From positions 3,859 through 67,858 of the forward strand of contig JAEOTZ010000042.1 in the NCBI GenBank assembly GCA_016839585.1: a stretch of DNA of 64,000 nucleotides, read 5' to 3'. Origin of the DNA: Promethearchaeota archaeon (GTDB lineage: Archaea; Asgardarchaeota; Lokiarchaeia; Sigyniarchaeales; SOKP01). Each line of letters starts with the position of its first letter. Within the stretch, counting starts at the first letter, position 1. Shown here one piece after another: positions 37,050 to 46,873 of the stretch. The translations under genes and the position numbers were made by a program. Under the pieces are notes generated by a model, which saw only the letters and a program-made list of their open reading frames with translations, had not been told where the DNA came from and made no database searches.

Positions 37050-38537
37050 ATGAGTAAGTTTGACTTTAGACCCTCGGGAGTCATGCCAGCAATGGTAACA
37101 CCATTTAATAAAGATGAATCGATAAACGAAGACCAATTAAGAAATTTAGTTAATCATCTTATTGAACAAGGGGTTACAGGATTAGTCCCTGTCGGTACTA
37201 CCGGAGAATTTGTAAATATGACTTTTGAGGAACGTATAAAAGTAATTGAAATTGTAGTGGATGAAACAAATGGTAGAGTTCCGGTTATAGCAGGAACAGG
37301 AGAGACAGGAACTAAGTTAGTAATTGATGCTACTAAGGCCGCAACTGATATTGGTGCTGATGCAGTTTTAATAGTTACACCGTATTATTTAAAGCCAAAG
37401 GCAAAAGGGTTATATGATCATTACTTTACAATTACTGAAAAAACAGACATCCCTATAGTACTATATAATATCCCTGCTTGTACGGGCGTAGAATTGCCTT
37501 GGACTGTTGTGGAAGATCTCGTAGATATCGAAAATATTGTTGCTATTAAAGATTCTAGTGGTGATTATAAATACTTTTCAGCATTATTGGAAAAAGTAAG
37601 TGATAAGATTTCAGTCCTTATTGGATGGGATGAAAATGTTCTAGGAGCTTTAGCTGGAGGTGCTGCTGGCTGTATCTTAGGTTCTGCAAATGTGTTCCCT
37701 AAAATTTGGCTCGAAATTTATAATCATGTAAAAAATAATCGTCTAGAAGAAGCTCAAGTACTTCAAAAGAAGGTCCAAAAAATAGCAAGACTTTTAATAA
37801 ACTCAGGAGCATTAGGAGTTAAATCTTGTTTAAATATAATGAAAGTACCGGTTGGAAAAACTAGACAGCCCATTGTTATAGGAGACGCTCTTTCTTATGA
37901 AATAAAAGATGAATTAAGAGTTGAGCTTGAGAAATTAGGATTGATAGAAAAAATAGAAATCCAATTTGAATTAGGAGAAAAAACACTAACAAGTCGTTTT
38001 TATGCTGTTGGAATTACACCGAGGAAAATCATAAATTTCAAGTTAAAAGTCGGGGAATCTTTAGTAGGAAATCGCGTTGAACTTGCACATATTGATCTTT
38101 TAATTGGTGAAAAAGATGGACCTGTTGGACAAGCTTACGCTCAAGCTTTAACTAGTCCTGAAGAAGGACGTGAAGGACTTCAGGTCATACTTGAGCCTAA
38201 TATGCAAGTAAAACCACCCACAATCATGATTCCTACAGTTCGTCCGGTCTCTCTACGTCACGCAAGTTTAACTTATGGGCCTGCTCAAGCAGCAATAGCT
38301 AAAGCAGTGATGCAATGTGTAGAAGATGGAATTCTTCCAAAAGAATTAGCTGATGACATTGTTTTAATTGTAAATGTTTTTGTTCATCCAAGTGCGAGTG
38401 CAAGAAAAAGAATCTTCATTAACAATTATAAGGCAACTCGTAATGCGATTCGAAAAGCAATGGAAGGCTTACCAACTGTAGAAGATGGTATTGAAAATGC
38501 TGAAAGTGCCAGACATCCATTTAGAAACGATCCTTAA
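37050..38537 (+). CDS. Fusion protein: DapA/DHDPS-family class I (pyruvate-dependent) aldolase plus formaldehyde-activating enzyme (Fae) domain
   Basis: Residues 1-~300 show GTTGE, YNIP and the Schiff-base Lys context AIKDSSG. Residues ~330-495 read VGESLVGNRVELAHIDLLIG...YGPAQAAIAKAV..DGILP..ADD...VNVFVHP.A....I..NY.ATR.AI..A...HPF, which is collinear with Fae. Confidence 0.8.
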   Translation: MSKFDFRPSGVMPAMVTPFNKDESINEDQLRNLVNHLIEQGVTGLVPVGTTGEFVNMTFEERIKVIEIVVDETNGRVPVIAGTGETGTKLVIDATKAATDIGADAVLIVTPYYLKPKAKGLYDHYFTITEKTDIPIVLYNIPACTGVELPWTVVEDLVDIENIVAIKDSSGDYKYFSALLEKVSDKISVLIGWDENVLGALAGGAAGCILGSANVFPKIWLEIYNHVKNNRLEEAQVLQKKVQKIARLLINSGALGVKSCLNIMKVPVGKTRQPIVIGDALSYEIKDELRVELEKLGLIEKIEIQFELGEKTLTSRFYAVGITPRKIINFKLKVGESLVGNRVELAHIDLLIGEKDGPVGQAYAQALTSPEEGREGLQVILEPNMQVKPPTIMIPTVRPVSLRHASLTYGPAQAAIAKAVMQCVEDGILPKELADDIVLIVNVFVHPSASARKRIFINNYKATRNAIRKAMEGLPTVEDGIENAESARHPFRNDP

Positions 38538-38726
38538 AAAGTGAGTACCTTTTTTTCATCTTTTTATATTTTATTAATTTAAATCTTTTAAAATATTAAA
38601 TTAGTAAACTCTTTTTATAGAAATCTAATACATTATAAAGCGTATATTGATAATTTCAAGAATTTATTTATAATTAATATTAATAGTAAATTTAAAAATA
38701 ATTGAATAATAGAGCTGAACTATAAA

Positions 38727-39209
38727 ATGACACAGGTAATCGATTTGGAAGTAGGAAATAAAGCACCTGAATTTACACTCCCAGATAAAGATAATAAAGA
38801 AGTATCTTTAAGAGACTTTAAAGGAAAATATGTTATACTTTATTTTTACCCGAAAGATAATACGCCAGCATGCACAACTGAGGCTATTGGTTTTACAGGA
38901 ATTTTACCAGCATTACAAAAATTAGATGCTGTTGTTATTGGAATTAGTCCTGATACACCTGAATCTCATGCGAAATTCATTGAAAAGAAAAATTTGAATG
39001 TAATTCTCTTAAGTGATGTGGATAAAAAAGTAATTAAAAAATATGGTAAATGGGGAAAGAAAAAATTTAGGGGGAAAGAGTATATAGGGGTTATTCGAAG
39101 TACTTTTTTAATAGATCCAGATGGAAAGATTGCACACATTTGGCCTAAGGTTTCTGTAAAAGGGCATCCAGAAGATGTTGAAAGAGTATTAAAAGAATTA
39201 ATAAAATAA
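38727..39209 (+). CDS. bcp: Peroxiredoxin, Bcp type (thiol peroxidase)
   Basis: 160 aa. It has FYPKDNTPACTTEA peroxidatic Cys context and typical Bcp length. Confidence 0.85.
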   Translation: MTQVIDLEVGNKAPEFTLPDKDNKEVSLRDFKGKYVILYFYPKDNTPACTTEAIGFTGILPALQKLDAVVIGISPDTPESHAKFIEKKNLNVILLSDVDKKVIKKYGKWGKKKFRGKEYIGVIRSTFLIDPDGKIAHIWPKVSVKGHPEDVERVLKELIK

Positions 39210-39276
39210 GTTTCTTTTTTATCTTATATATTCTATGAAATCTATTTAATTAGAAAAATCAAATTAATTTTATATT

Positions 39277-39843
39277 ATGAATGTTATAGATGCTATAAAA
39301 GAAAGGAGAGCCTTCCGGTCTCTTGAATTTGTTGACATCTCAGATGAATTAATTAATGACTTGGCTAGTAAAGCACAAATTGCTCCTTCATGTATGAACA
39401 AGCAACCTTGGAATTTTATTTTTATAAGAGAAAAAGAACAACTAGAAAGATTATTTACAACTCTCTCGACTGGAAATAAATGGGTTGAAAAAGCTTCCAT
39501 GATAATTGCTGTATTAAGTAAACCTGATAATGATTGTATAATTGGAGAACGCCTTTATTACTTATTTGATACAGGATTAGCAACTGCATTTATAATTCTA
39601 CGTGCTACAGAATTGGGTCTAGTTGCGCATCCTATTGCTGGCTTTAAAGAAGAAGAAGCAAAGAAGATTCTGAATATCCCTGAAGACTTTAGGCTTATTA
39701 CCCTAGTCAATATTGGAAAACATTCTGAAACCATTAATCCAGTTCTTTCTGAAGCAATGAAATTAGGAGAGAAACAAAGACCTCCAAGAAAAGATTTAGA
39801 GGAGTTTGTTTTTATAAACAGTTATAAAAGTAACTCTAAATAA
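39277..39843 (+). CDS. Nitroreductase family protein
   Basis: 188 aa. It has the RRAFRS N-terminal motif, APSCMNKQPWNFI and the family length. Confidence 0.75.
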   Translation: MNVIDAIKERRAFRSLEFVDISDELINDLASKAQIAPSCMNKQPWNFIFIREKEQLERLFTTLSTGNKWVEKASMIIAVLSKPDNDCIIGERLYYLFDTGLATAFIILRATELGLVAHPIAGFKEEEAKKILNIPEDFRLITLVNIGKHSETINPVLSEAMKLGEKQRPPRKDLEEFVFINSYKSNSK

Positions 39844-39864
39844 ATATGATACAGATAAGAGTCT

Positions 39865-40467
39865 TTAATTAAATAAGCCTGAAATCCCTTTAATATGATA
39901 TTTTATTAAGAAATCTATATTGGAATCGACCCACTCATCATTTTTATAATGTTTTGCTAATTCAAGTAAGCCCTCTAATAAATTAGTGGCAATGATATGC
40001 ATACCAAATGAATGGTTTAAATTATTATCTTTTGTTTCCTTCTGGTGAACAGTACTCTCTGTAAAATGCGATTCGATTTGCTTAATTAAATTTTCTTTAA
40101 AATTTTCATATTTCGTTCCTTCACTTCTATCCATAAGAATTATTAGTTCTTTTGGGTTCTCTTTAATTATTTCACCGACTGGATGAGCAAGAAGATCTGA
40201 AAACTGTTTGAAAAATTCATCCTCACCTAGATTTCTCTCTGTCTCAAATAATTTAAATAGTAATTTTTTAGTTCTATTATATACAGGATCAATTAGAGAA
40301 GAAAACAAATAATCTTTACTTTTAAAGTAATTGTATATATTGCTAGTACTTACTCGTGCTTTTTTTGCAATATTTCGCATTGAAGTCTTGGTAAAACCAT
40401 ATTCTAGGAAGTCTTCACGAGCTGCATTTTCTATTCTTTTTTTTATCTTTTCTTTTTTTATTTGCAT
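39865..40467 (-). CDS. TetR/AcrR family transcriptional regulator
   Basis: 200 aa with an N-terminal HTH (FLEYGFTKTSMRNIAKKARVSTSNIYNYFKSKD). Confidence 0.85.
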   Translation of the reverse strand: MQIKKEKIKKRIENAAREDFLEYGFTKTSMRNIAKKARVSTSNIYNYFKSKDYLFSSLIDPVYNRTKKLLFKLFETERNLGEDEFFKQFSDLLAHPVGEIIKENPKELIILMDRSEGTKYENFKENLIKQIESHFTESTVHQKETKDNNLNHSFGMHIIATNLLEGLLELAKHYKNDEWVDSNIDFLIKYHIKGISGLFN

Positions 40468-40542
40468 GAAAATTTCCTTTTAATGTTTAAAAAAAAATAG
40501 ATTTAGATATTTTTTATTTTTTAACTTTGTTTTTTAATTTAT

Positions 40543-41454
40543 TTATGAATAAACATATGATTTGGGATTTTCATTACTGACTAATGGACCTCGCCCATTC
40601 ATTGCATTTTCAAGCATATTATTCAATCTTGTCCAATTTGTATTAACATTTATTGCATTAAATTGACATTCAAGAATACATGCTACACAATGGATGCAAA
40701 AAGGCTTATCCAAGAGTATAGGCCCGTCATCTGTCATTTCAATACAATTTACTGGACAAATATCTATACACCGTTCACATTTTTGACATAGATCATGGTT
40801 AAAAATAAGTTTTGGGTACAAATAATTATGCCAGAACTTTTCTCTGAAAATAATCTTTGCTTTCATTCTATTCTTTAATTTCTGATAATTTAATTTCTTT
40901 GTAATATCCTTCGACTTATTAATAACTCCATAATTGAACTGGACTATCTTATCTGCTAATTCCTCTATAGTTGGTAGAGCTTCTTCTCCGGGCATTCCTT
41001 CATTTATTTTAATATTGATCTGTGGTAAAGCAGTCATACAATGGAATGCATTTATCTTCATACTCAAGATTGTGATTCGCCCTGACTTTTTCAAAAGGTT
41101 TGCCGCTTCGTGAAGAGCCACCCCAGAATTTATTGCTCCATAAGTTACAAATGGAACTGCTAACCGTGCCCATCCATTTTCTGGTTTAGGTAAAGCTTTT
41201 ATGATGTTTTTTACATTATAATGTAAATGATGGGCATAAACAGGAGATCCAATACATAAAAGATCGTGTTCCTTAATATTTTCTCTTAAAAAAGATTTCA
41301 TATTGTCATTTCGAAAAATCATATCATTTCCAGTAAAATTATATAATTGAACATCGAAATTTCTGGATATTAATTGTTTTTCTAGCATTTGCCCAACTTT
41401 TAATGTATTTCCAGTTGGGCTAAAAACTATAATTGCTGCTTTCAAGAGTCTCAC
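40543..41454 (-). CDS. Flavodoxin-like domain fused to a 2x[4Fe-4S] ferredoxin domain (EFR1-like)
   Basis: 303 aa with a GTG start. The N-terminus is IIVFSPTGNT. The C-terminus has CQKCERCIDICP and CIHCVACILEC. Confidence 0.65.
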   Translation of the reverse strand: MRLLKAAIIVFSPTGNTLKVGQMLEKQLISRNFDVQLYNFTGNDMIFRNDNMKSFLRENIKEHDLLCIGSPVYAHHLHYNVKNIIKALPKPENGWARLAVPFVTYGAINSGVALHEAANLLKKSGRITILSMKINAFHCMTALPQINIKINEGMPGEEALPTIEELADKIVQFNYGVINKSKDITKKLNYQKLKNRMKAKIIFREKFWHNYLYPKLIFNHDLCQKCERCIDICPVNCIEMTDDGPILLDKPFCIHCVACILECQFNAINVNTNWTRLNNMLENAMNGRGPLVSNENPKSYVYS

Positions 41455-41752
41455 CTCTAAAGATGTTATTTATTATTTAATAACGAACAATCGTTCGCTA
41501 TTTATTAATAAAAAAGAACAAATGTTCTCTTTTAAACTTTATGGTTTAAAAATGCAGAAATCTAAATATTGTCTAAAAAACGTGATAAGTCCTTTATCTT
41601 TACTTTTGGATTAAAATACAAATAATGTACTTCAGAGGTTTCTAATTTATAATTAAGTGAATATCTAAAGTTTATAGATTTAAGACAATTTTAACAAAAA
41701 TTAATAGACTATAACCGAGATTTTGATATTTGAGTTAAGTATTAATAACCAT

Positions 41753-43861
41753 ATGATTACAAAAGAAACAAAAAAAAATCATCTATTCAATGAAAAAAGC
41801 CCTTATTTACTTCAACATGTTGAAAATCCTGTTGATTGGTACCCATGGGGAGAGGAAGCCTTTAAAAAAGCTAAAGAGGAGAATAAGACTATCTTCTTGT
41901 CAATAGGATATTCTACTTGCCACTGGTGCCATGTTATGGCCCATGAATCTTTTGAGGACGACGAAGTAGCAGAATTAATGAATGAAGTATTTGTATCAAT
42001 AAAAGTAGATAGAGAAGAACGTCCAGATATTGATAAGATTTATATGACAGTCTGTCAAATGATGACAGGAAGTGGAGGATGGCCATTAACCATAATGATA
42101 ACACCTGACAAGAAGCCTTTCTTTGCAGGTACCTACTTTCCGAAAGAAAGTCGCTTTGGGCGTATAGGACTTATTGATTTAATTAAAAGAGTAAAAAATC
42201 TCTGGAATAATAATAAAAATGAAATATTAAATTCCGCTGATCAGATTACAATGACTCTACAGAATATTGATCAAGAAGCTCCAGGAGATAATTTCAGTAA
42301 AACAATATTAAATAAAGCTTATAAGCAGCTAAAAAACAATTTTGATGAAAAAAATGGTGGATTTAGCGAACGTCCAAAATTTCCGACACCTCATAATCTT
42401 TTATTCTTACTTCGATACTGGAAGCGAACAGGAGAGAAGGAAGTTTTAGAAATGGTAGAAAAGACACTTCAAGCAATGAGAAGAGGTGGAATTTATGATC
42501 ATATTGGTTTTGGAATCCATCGATATTCAACAGATTCAACTTGGCTTGTTCCTCATTTTGAAAAAATGCTTTATGATCAAGCATTAGTTGCCATGGCATA
42601 TATAGAGGCATATCAAGCTACAAAAAATCCGGAATACAGAAAAACTACTCAAGAAATATTTGAATATGTTTTACGTGATATGACTTCTCCTGAAGGAGGA
42701 TTCTATTCGGCAGAAGATGCTGATAGCGAGGGAGAAGAAGGAAAGTTTTATGTATGGTCAAAAAATGATGTTGATAAGATTCTTGATAAGAATGAATTTG
42801 ATTTAGTTATGAAAGTTTTTAATATTAAAAAATCTGGTAATTATTTAGAAGAATCAATAGGAAGAAAAACTGGGCAAAATATATTACATTTGACTGCTCC
42901 TTTAACAAAAATTTCAAGCGATCTTAGCATTTCGGAAAAAGAATTAGTATCAAAAATTGAAAATATACGTAGAAAGCTGTTTGAAGTACGTGAGAAGAGA
43001 GTTCATCCTCATAAAGATGATAAAATCTTAGTAGATTGGAATGGATTAATGATCGCAGCATTAGCTAAAGGAGCACAAATCTTTAATGAAAGAAAATATC
43101 TGAAAATGGCTATAAAAGCTTCTGAATTTATATTATCATCATTACGTTTACCTAATGGTAGATTACTGCATCGATATAGGGAAGGAGTAGGTGAAATCAA
43201 TGGATACTTATCGGATTACGCTTTCTTAATTTCGGGATTAATTGAATTGTACGAAGCTACTTTTGATATTTATTTTCTTAAAACTGCGCTGGAACTCCAT
43301 GAAATTCAATTAAAACATTTTTGGGACAATAATATTGGTGGTTTTTTTCTCACGGCGGACGATAGTGAAAAGTTATTAACGAGACAAAAAGAAATCTATG
43401 ATGGTGCAATACCATCTGGAAATTCTGTAGCAATGTTAAATTTATTACGTTTAAGTTATCTCACAGGTGATCACAAATTAGAAGAAAAGGCAGATATAAT
43501 AGGTAGAGTATTTACGGAAAAATTAAGTAATACACCTATAGCTTATACACATTTCATGATAGCAGCAGATTTTGCAATAGGACCAACATATTCTTTGGTA
43601 ATTGCTGGAAATACAAATAGTAAAGATACTAATGAGATGATAACAACAATACGAAATGAGTATATTCCTAATAAAGTCCTAATGCAAAGAAAAACAGAAC
43701 AAAATCCACCAGATATAGACGAATTCTCAAACTTTGTTGAATACTTTGATAATCTTGAGGGGAAAGCTACGGCATATGTCTGTGTTAATAAAACATGTAA
43801 ACCTCCAACCCATAATCTGGATCAAATGATTGAATTTCTTAAATCAGATTGGAGCAATTAG
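41753..43861 (+). CDS. Thioredoxin-domain protein of the DUF255/YyaL (SPATA20-like) family with an (alpha/alpha)6-barrel C-terminal domain
   Basis: It reads [47 protein letters not shown] preferred the ATG at 41753 over the TTG at 41723. Confidence 0.8.
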   Translation: MITKETKKNHLFNEKSPYLLQHVENPVDWYPWGEEAFKKAKEENKTIFLSIGYSTCHWCHVMAHESFEDDEVAELMNEVFVSIKVDREERPDIDKIYMTVCQMMTGSGGWPLTIMITPDKKPFFAGTYFPKESRFGRIGLIDLIKRVKNLWNNNKNEILNSADQITMTLQNIDQEAPGDNFSKTILNKAYKQLKNNFDEKNGGFSERPKFPTPHNLLFLLRYWKRTGEKEVLEMVEKTLQAMRRGGIYDHIGFGIHRYSTDSTWLVPHFEKMLYDQALVAMAYIEAYQATKNPEYRKTTQEIFEYVLRDMTSPEGGFYSAEDADSEGEEGKFYVWSKNDVDKILDKNEFDLVMKVFNIKKSGNYLEESIGRKTGQNILHLTAPLTKISSDLSISEKELVSKIENIRRKLFEVREKRVHPHKDDKILVDWNGLMIAALAKGAQIFNERKYLKMAIKASEFILSSLRLPNGRLLHRYREGVGEINGYLSDYAFLISGLIELYEATFDIYFLKTALELHEIQLKHFWDNNIGGFFLTADDSEKLLTRQKEIYDGAIPSGNSVAMLNLLRLSYLTGDHKLEEKADIIGRVFTEKLSNTPIAYTHFMIAADFAIGPTYSLVIAGNTNSKDTNEMITTIRNEYIPNKVLMQRKTEQNPPDIDEFSNFVEYFDNLEGKATAYVCVNKTCKPPTHNLDQMIEFLKSDWSN

Positions 43862-44004
43862 TTTGTATGAGCATGACAATGTAATTTATCATTAATAGAA
43901 CAATTTGAACACTCTGAGATATTTTTCCAAATACAAATTCCACGAGTATTGGTGTTTATTTCTTCATCTTCTATATTAGATTTAAAATTATTATTATTTT
44001 TCAT
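43858..44004 (-). CDS. Possible small Cys/His-rich ORF (48 aa)
   Basis: Translation by hand: [48 protein letters not shown]. There is no recognisable family and no clear SD. Its 3' end overlaps the stop of the convergent gene. Confidence 0.15.
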   Translation of the reverse strand: MKNNNNFKSNIEDEEINTNTRGICIWKNISECSNCSINDKLHCHAHTN

Positions 44005-44104
44005 CAAATTAACAAATATATTAGTTGAATAATGTAAAATTCATGCTTGCATTAAATTATAGAAATAAAAAAAAATAAATTTTTATAGTTTTTAAAAGTA
44101 GTAT

Positions 44105-44395
44105 TTATTTTTCTCTAAAATCTTCGCCCTCGACAATTTGCATTTCTGCGATGGAATCTATTCCAATCCCCTTCATATTTTCATCCCATACTTTTCGGAT
44201 TGATTCTGCATCTTTCGCATTCCATTCACAATATAACTTTTCATGATCTAGTACTGCCCAAGTTCTTATCCAATAGGCATCAAAATTACAAGCTTTTCTC
44301 ACATTAATAATCATTTTATTTTGTTCTGGGGGAATTTCTGCCATTTGTTCCAACTGTTTTCTTGGTACAGAATGAACTACAATAAATTTTGGCAT
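44105..44395 (-). CDS. Small DUF4242-like (ferredoxin-like fold) protein
   Basis: 96 aa. The MPKFIVVH... beginning and the size resemble DUF4242. This is a weak call. Confidence 0.35.
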   Translation of the reverse strand: MPKFIVVHSVPRKQLEQMAEIPPEQNKMIINVRKACNFDAYWIRTWAVLDHEKLYCEWNAKDAESIRKVWDENMKGIGIDSIAEMQIVEGEDFREK

Positions 44396-44727
44396 TTTTA
44401 AACCTCTCTTTAAATTTTTTTAATATTTAAAATATATTTTTGAATTTCTATAGAAAATTGGTTCTATTATATATTTATGTACAAATATAATATATATTTT
44501 TTTAAAAAATTAAATTAGTAGACTTATTTAAACCTATTTAGAATATCCTTCTTAGAATTTTAATTTTATACTATTAATTTGATTAAAATTGTTATGTTTT
44601 TTATATAAATTAAAAGATTTTTGACAACTAATTATCTTAAATAAATCTAAATTTCTTATTTGAGAAGTGAATTTAAAAAGAAGAATTAACTCTAGATCAT
44701 CGAATAAAATTTAAAAAATGTAAATCA

Positions 44728-45972
44728 ATGCCGAAAGGACAAATTGAAAAAATTGAATTAATAAGTAAGTTCTTAGATAAAGCCAAAGTGATAAACTTTG
44801 ATAAATTAAATACAGTTGATGATATAATCAAATTACCAATTTCAACTTTTAATTTCTTGAGTGATGCTGATGTAGAATTAATTTATGATTTATTCGAAAT
44901 TAGTAGTATAGGACAATTTTCATCTTTGGATTATTTACAACCATTCAAAATTTTATATAAAGACAAAAAAACTAAAAGAAAAATTGAGCATATATTACAA
45001 ACAGATTTAGAAATCGAAGATAAGGTAAAAAAAGCAGTTGCTATAAGCAAAATTATATACCAAATAAAAGAAGAATCAATCTCCTTTTTAACAAAAGAGC
45101 AAAAAGTTATTGTTGTTGGTTTAAGTAATGCGGGAAAAACAACAATATTGAAAAAATTTGGTGGACAAATTGGTATAAAAGATCTAGCTAAATTAAGTCC
45201 AACAAAAGGAGTGGAACGTCATGAAATAATAACTTCAGATTTAGTTTTAATAGTTTGGGATTTTGGTGGTCAGCAAGAATACAGAAAAATGTATCTTCAT
45301 GAACCTGATAAATATTTTTTAAAAGTTGATTTAATAATGTATGTCATAGACCTTCAAGATCCAGAAAAATATGAAGAAAGTATAAAATATTTTAAAGAAT
45401 TAATTGATATTATCGAAAAACTTGAAGAAAATCCTTACATCTTAATTTTTATACATAAATTTGATCCCGATATAAAAGATAATCCGGAAATATTGCTTAA
45501 TATTGAAGTTGTAAAGGATTTAATTAAAAATGTTTTCAGGGATAAAAAGAAATATGATTATGACATATATTTAAGTTCTATATATTCAATATTAGCAAAA
45601 GAACCAAAATTTTCAAGATATCTTAAAGATACTATGGTAAAAACTGCAACATTAACAGATCATAAATTAGAAGGAATGGCATCAATTTTAGAGTCATCCT
45701 TAAATGGAATTATTAGATTATCAGAAACAGTAATGACACAATTTAATGAAATTGATAATCGAATAAGAATACTAGAAGGTGAAGAGCCAATCTCAAATAG
45801 GGCACCTTCTTCAATACCCTCTCCAGAATATTCTTCCATACCTCCATTTGCTTCACATTCAAGTACCAATATTGGAAAAAAAGTCATACCTAATAGAATT
45901 AAAAATGTAAGAGTTGCTGTTCTTGATGAACTAAAAGAATTACTTGAAAAAAGAAATAAAAAATTACTATAA
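44728..45972 (+). CDS. Arf/Sar-like small GTPase domain protein with N- and C-terminal extensions
   Basis: 414 aa. G1 is GLSNAGKT (residues ~131-138), G3 is WDFGGQ (the Arf-family WDxGGQ form), and G4 is the variant HKFD. It carries a ~125-aa N-terminal and a ~120-aa C-terminal extension. Confidence 0.75.
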   Translation: MPKGQIEKIELISKFLDKAKVINFDKLNTVDDIIKLPISTFNFLSDADVELIYDLFEISSIGQFSSLDYLQPFKILYKDKKTKRKIEHILQTDLEIEDKVKKAVAISKIIYQIKEESISFLTKEQKVIVVGLSNAGKTTILKKFGGQIGIKDLAKLSPTKGVERHEIITSDLVLIVWDFGGQQEYRKMYLHEPDKYFLKVDLIMYVIDLQDPEKYEESIKYFKELIDIIEKLEENPYILIFIHKFDPDIKDNPEILLNIEVVKDLIKNVFRDKKKYDYDIYLSSIYSILAKEPKFSRYLKDTMVKTATLTDHKLEGMASILESSLNGIIRLSETVMTQFNEIDNRIRILEGEEPISNRAPSSIPSPEYSSIPPFASHSSTNIGKKVIPNRIKNVRVAVLDELKELLEKRNKKLL

Positions 45973-45990
45973 TATAAATTATTATTCAAT

Positions 45991-46143
45991 ATGGCAAAAA
46001 AAAAAGAGAATCTCTCTGAAGATGAATTGGATGATTTACTCGATCAAACATTTAAAAGACAGGATATAATCCATCATAAATGCCAAATCAGAGACGATCC
46101 GGCAAAAAAGCAAGCAGAATGGAAAAAAAAGTATGAAAAATAA
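45991..46143 (+). CDS. Possible small charged ORF (50 aa)
   Basis: Translation by hand: MAKKKENLSEDELDDLLDQTFKRQDIIHHKCQIRDDPAKKQAEWKKKYEK. It starts 19 nt after the GTPase stop, on the same strand. Confidence 0.25.
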   Translation: MAKKKENLSEDELDDLLDQTFKRQDIIHHKCQIRDDPAKKQAEWKKKYEK

Positions 46144-46223
46144 TTAATTCTTTGCTAATAATTAATCAAGAAAGCCAAATTTTTTTGATCTATCAATATT
46201 TCTCATAATATTGATAATTTTTA

Positions 46224-46715
46224 TTACCATCTGGATTTTTCTCCTAATTTAATATCTAAAACGGGTGTTCCATCTATAGCATCCAAATTTTTAACAAACA
46301 GGGTTGTATTTTCAATCTTAATAAGTTTTACATTTGTAATGCCAATTCGAGATAAACGTATTGGTGTTCTAGAGGCGAATATACCCACACTTTTTCCATC
46401 AAGCCCTCGAGGAAAAACAGAACGAATTTGCCGCTGTTTATGAAAATAATATACAATCGTAATCCATTTTTCATCCTCTAATCTGTAAAGAAAGGATTCT
46501 TGGGATTTAAATAGGTGAATCTTAGAAATATTATCCCGACTTCCTCTAAGCCCAAATTTATGCCCTCGTGTTAGTTGGTTCTCAACAAATCCAATTGGAT
46601 AAATTTTGAATGGTTTATGATTATTATATAAACACGAATGGCAAATGAATTTACCATCAATTTTTTCCATATGAGGTAAATCTTTTTCTTTTTTACATAT
46701 ATTACAAATTGGCAT
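46224..46715 (-). CDS. trmO: TsaA/TrmO-like (YaeB family) tRNA methyltransferase domain with an N-terminal zinc ribbon
   Basis: 163 aa. It has CNIC...CHSC, then IYPIGFVEN and DAIDGTPVLDIK signatures of the TsaA-like domain. Confidence 0.65.
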   Translation of the reverse strand: MPICNICKKEKDLPHMEKIDGKFICHSCLYNNHKPFKIYPIGFVENQLTRGHKFGLRGSRDNISKIHLFKSQESFLYRLEDEKWITIVYYFHKQRQIRSVFPRGLDGKSVGIFASRTPIRLSRIGITNVKLIKIENTTLFVKNLDAIDGTPVLDIKLGEKSRW

Positions 46716-46873
46716 ATAAACTTCAATTATGTTAATATGAAAACATTTTTAGTATTTATTCCAAAAAATCTTTAATTTCACTAGTAATATCAAAATAATA
46801 ATTATATAAAATCTGAAAAATAAACAAATTAAACAATATGTTAAAGAAATTCTTCCACATGGAACATAAAGAT

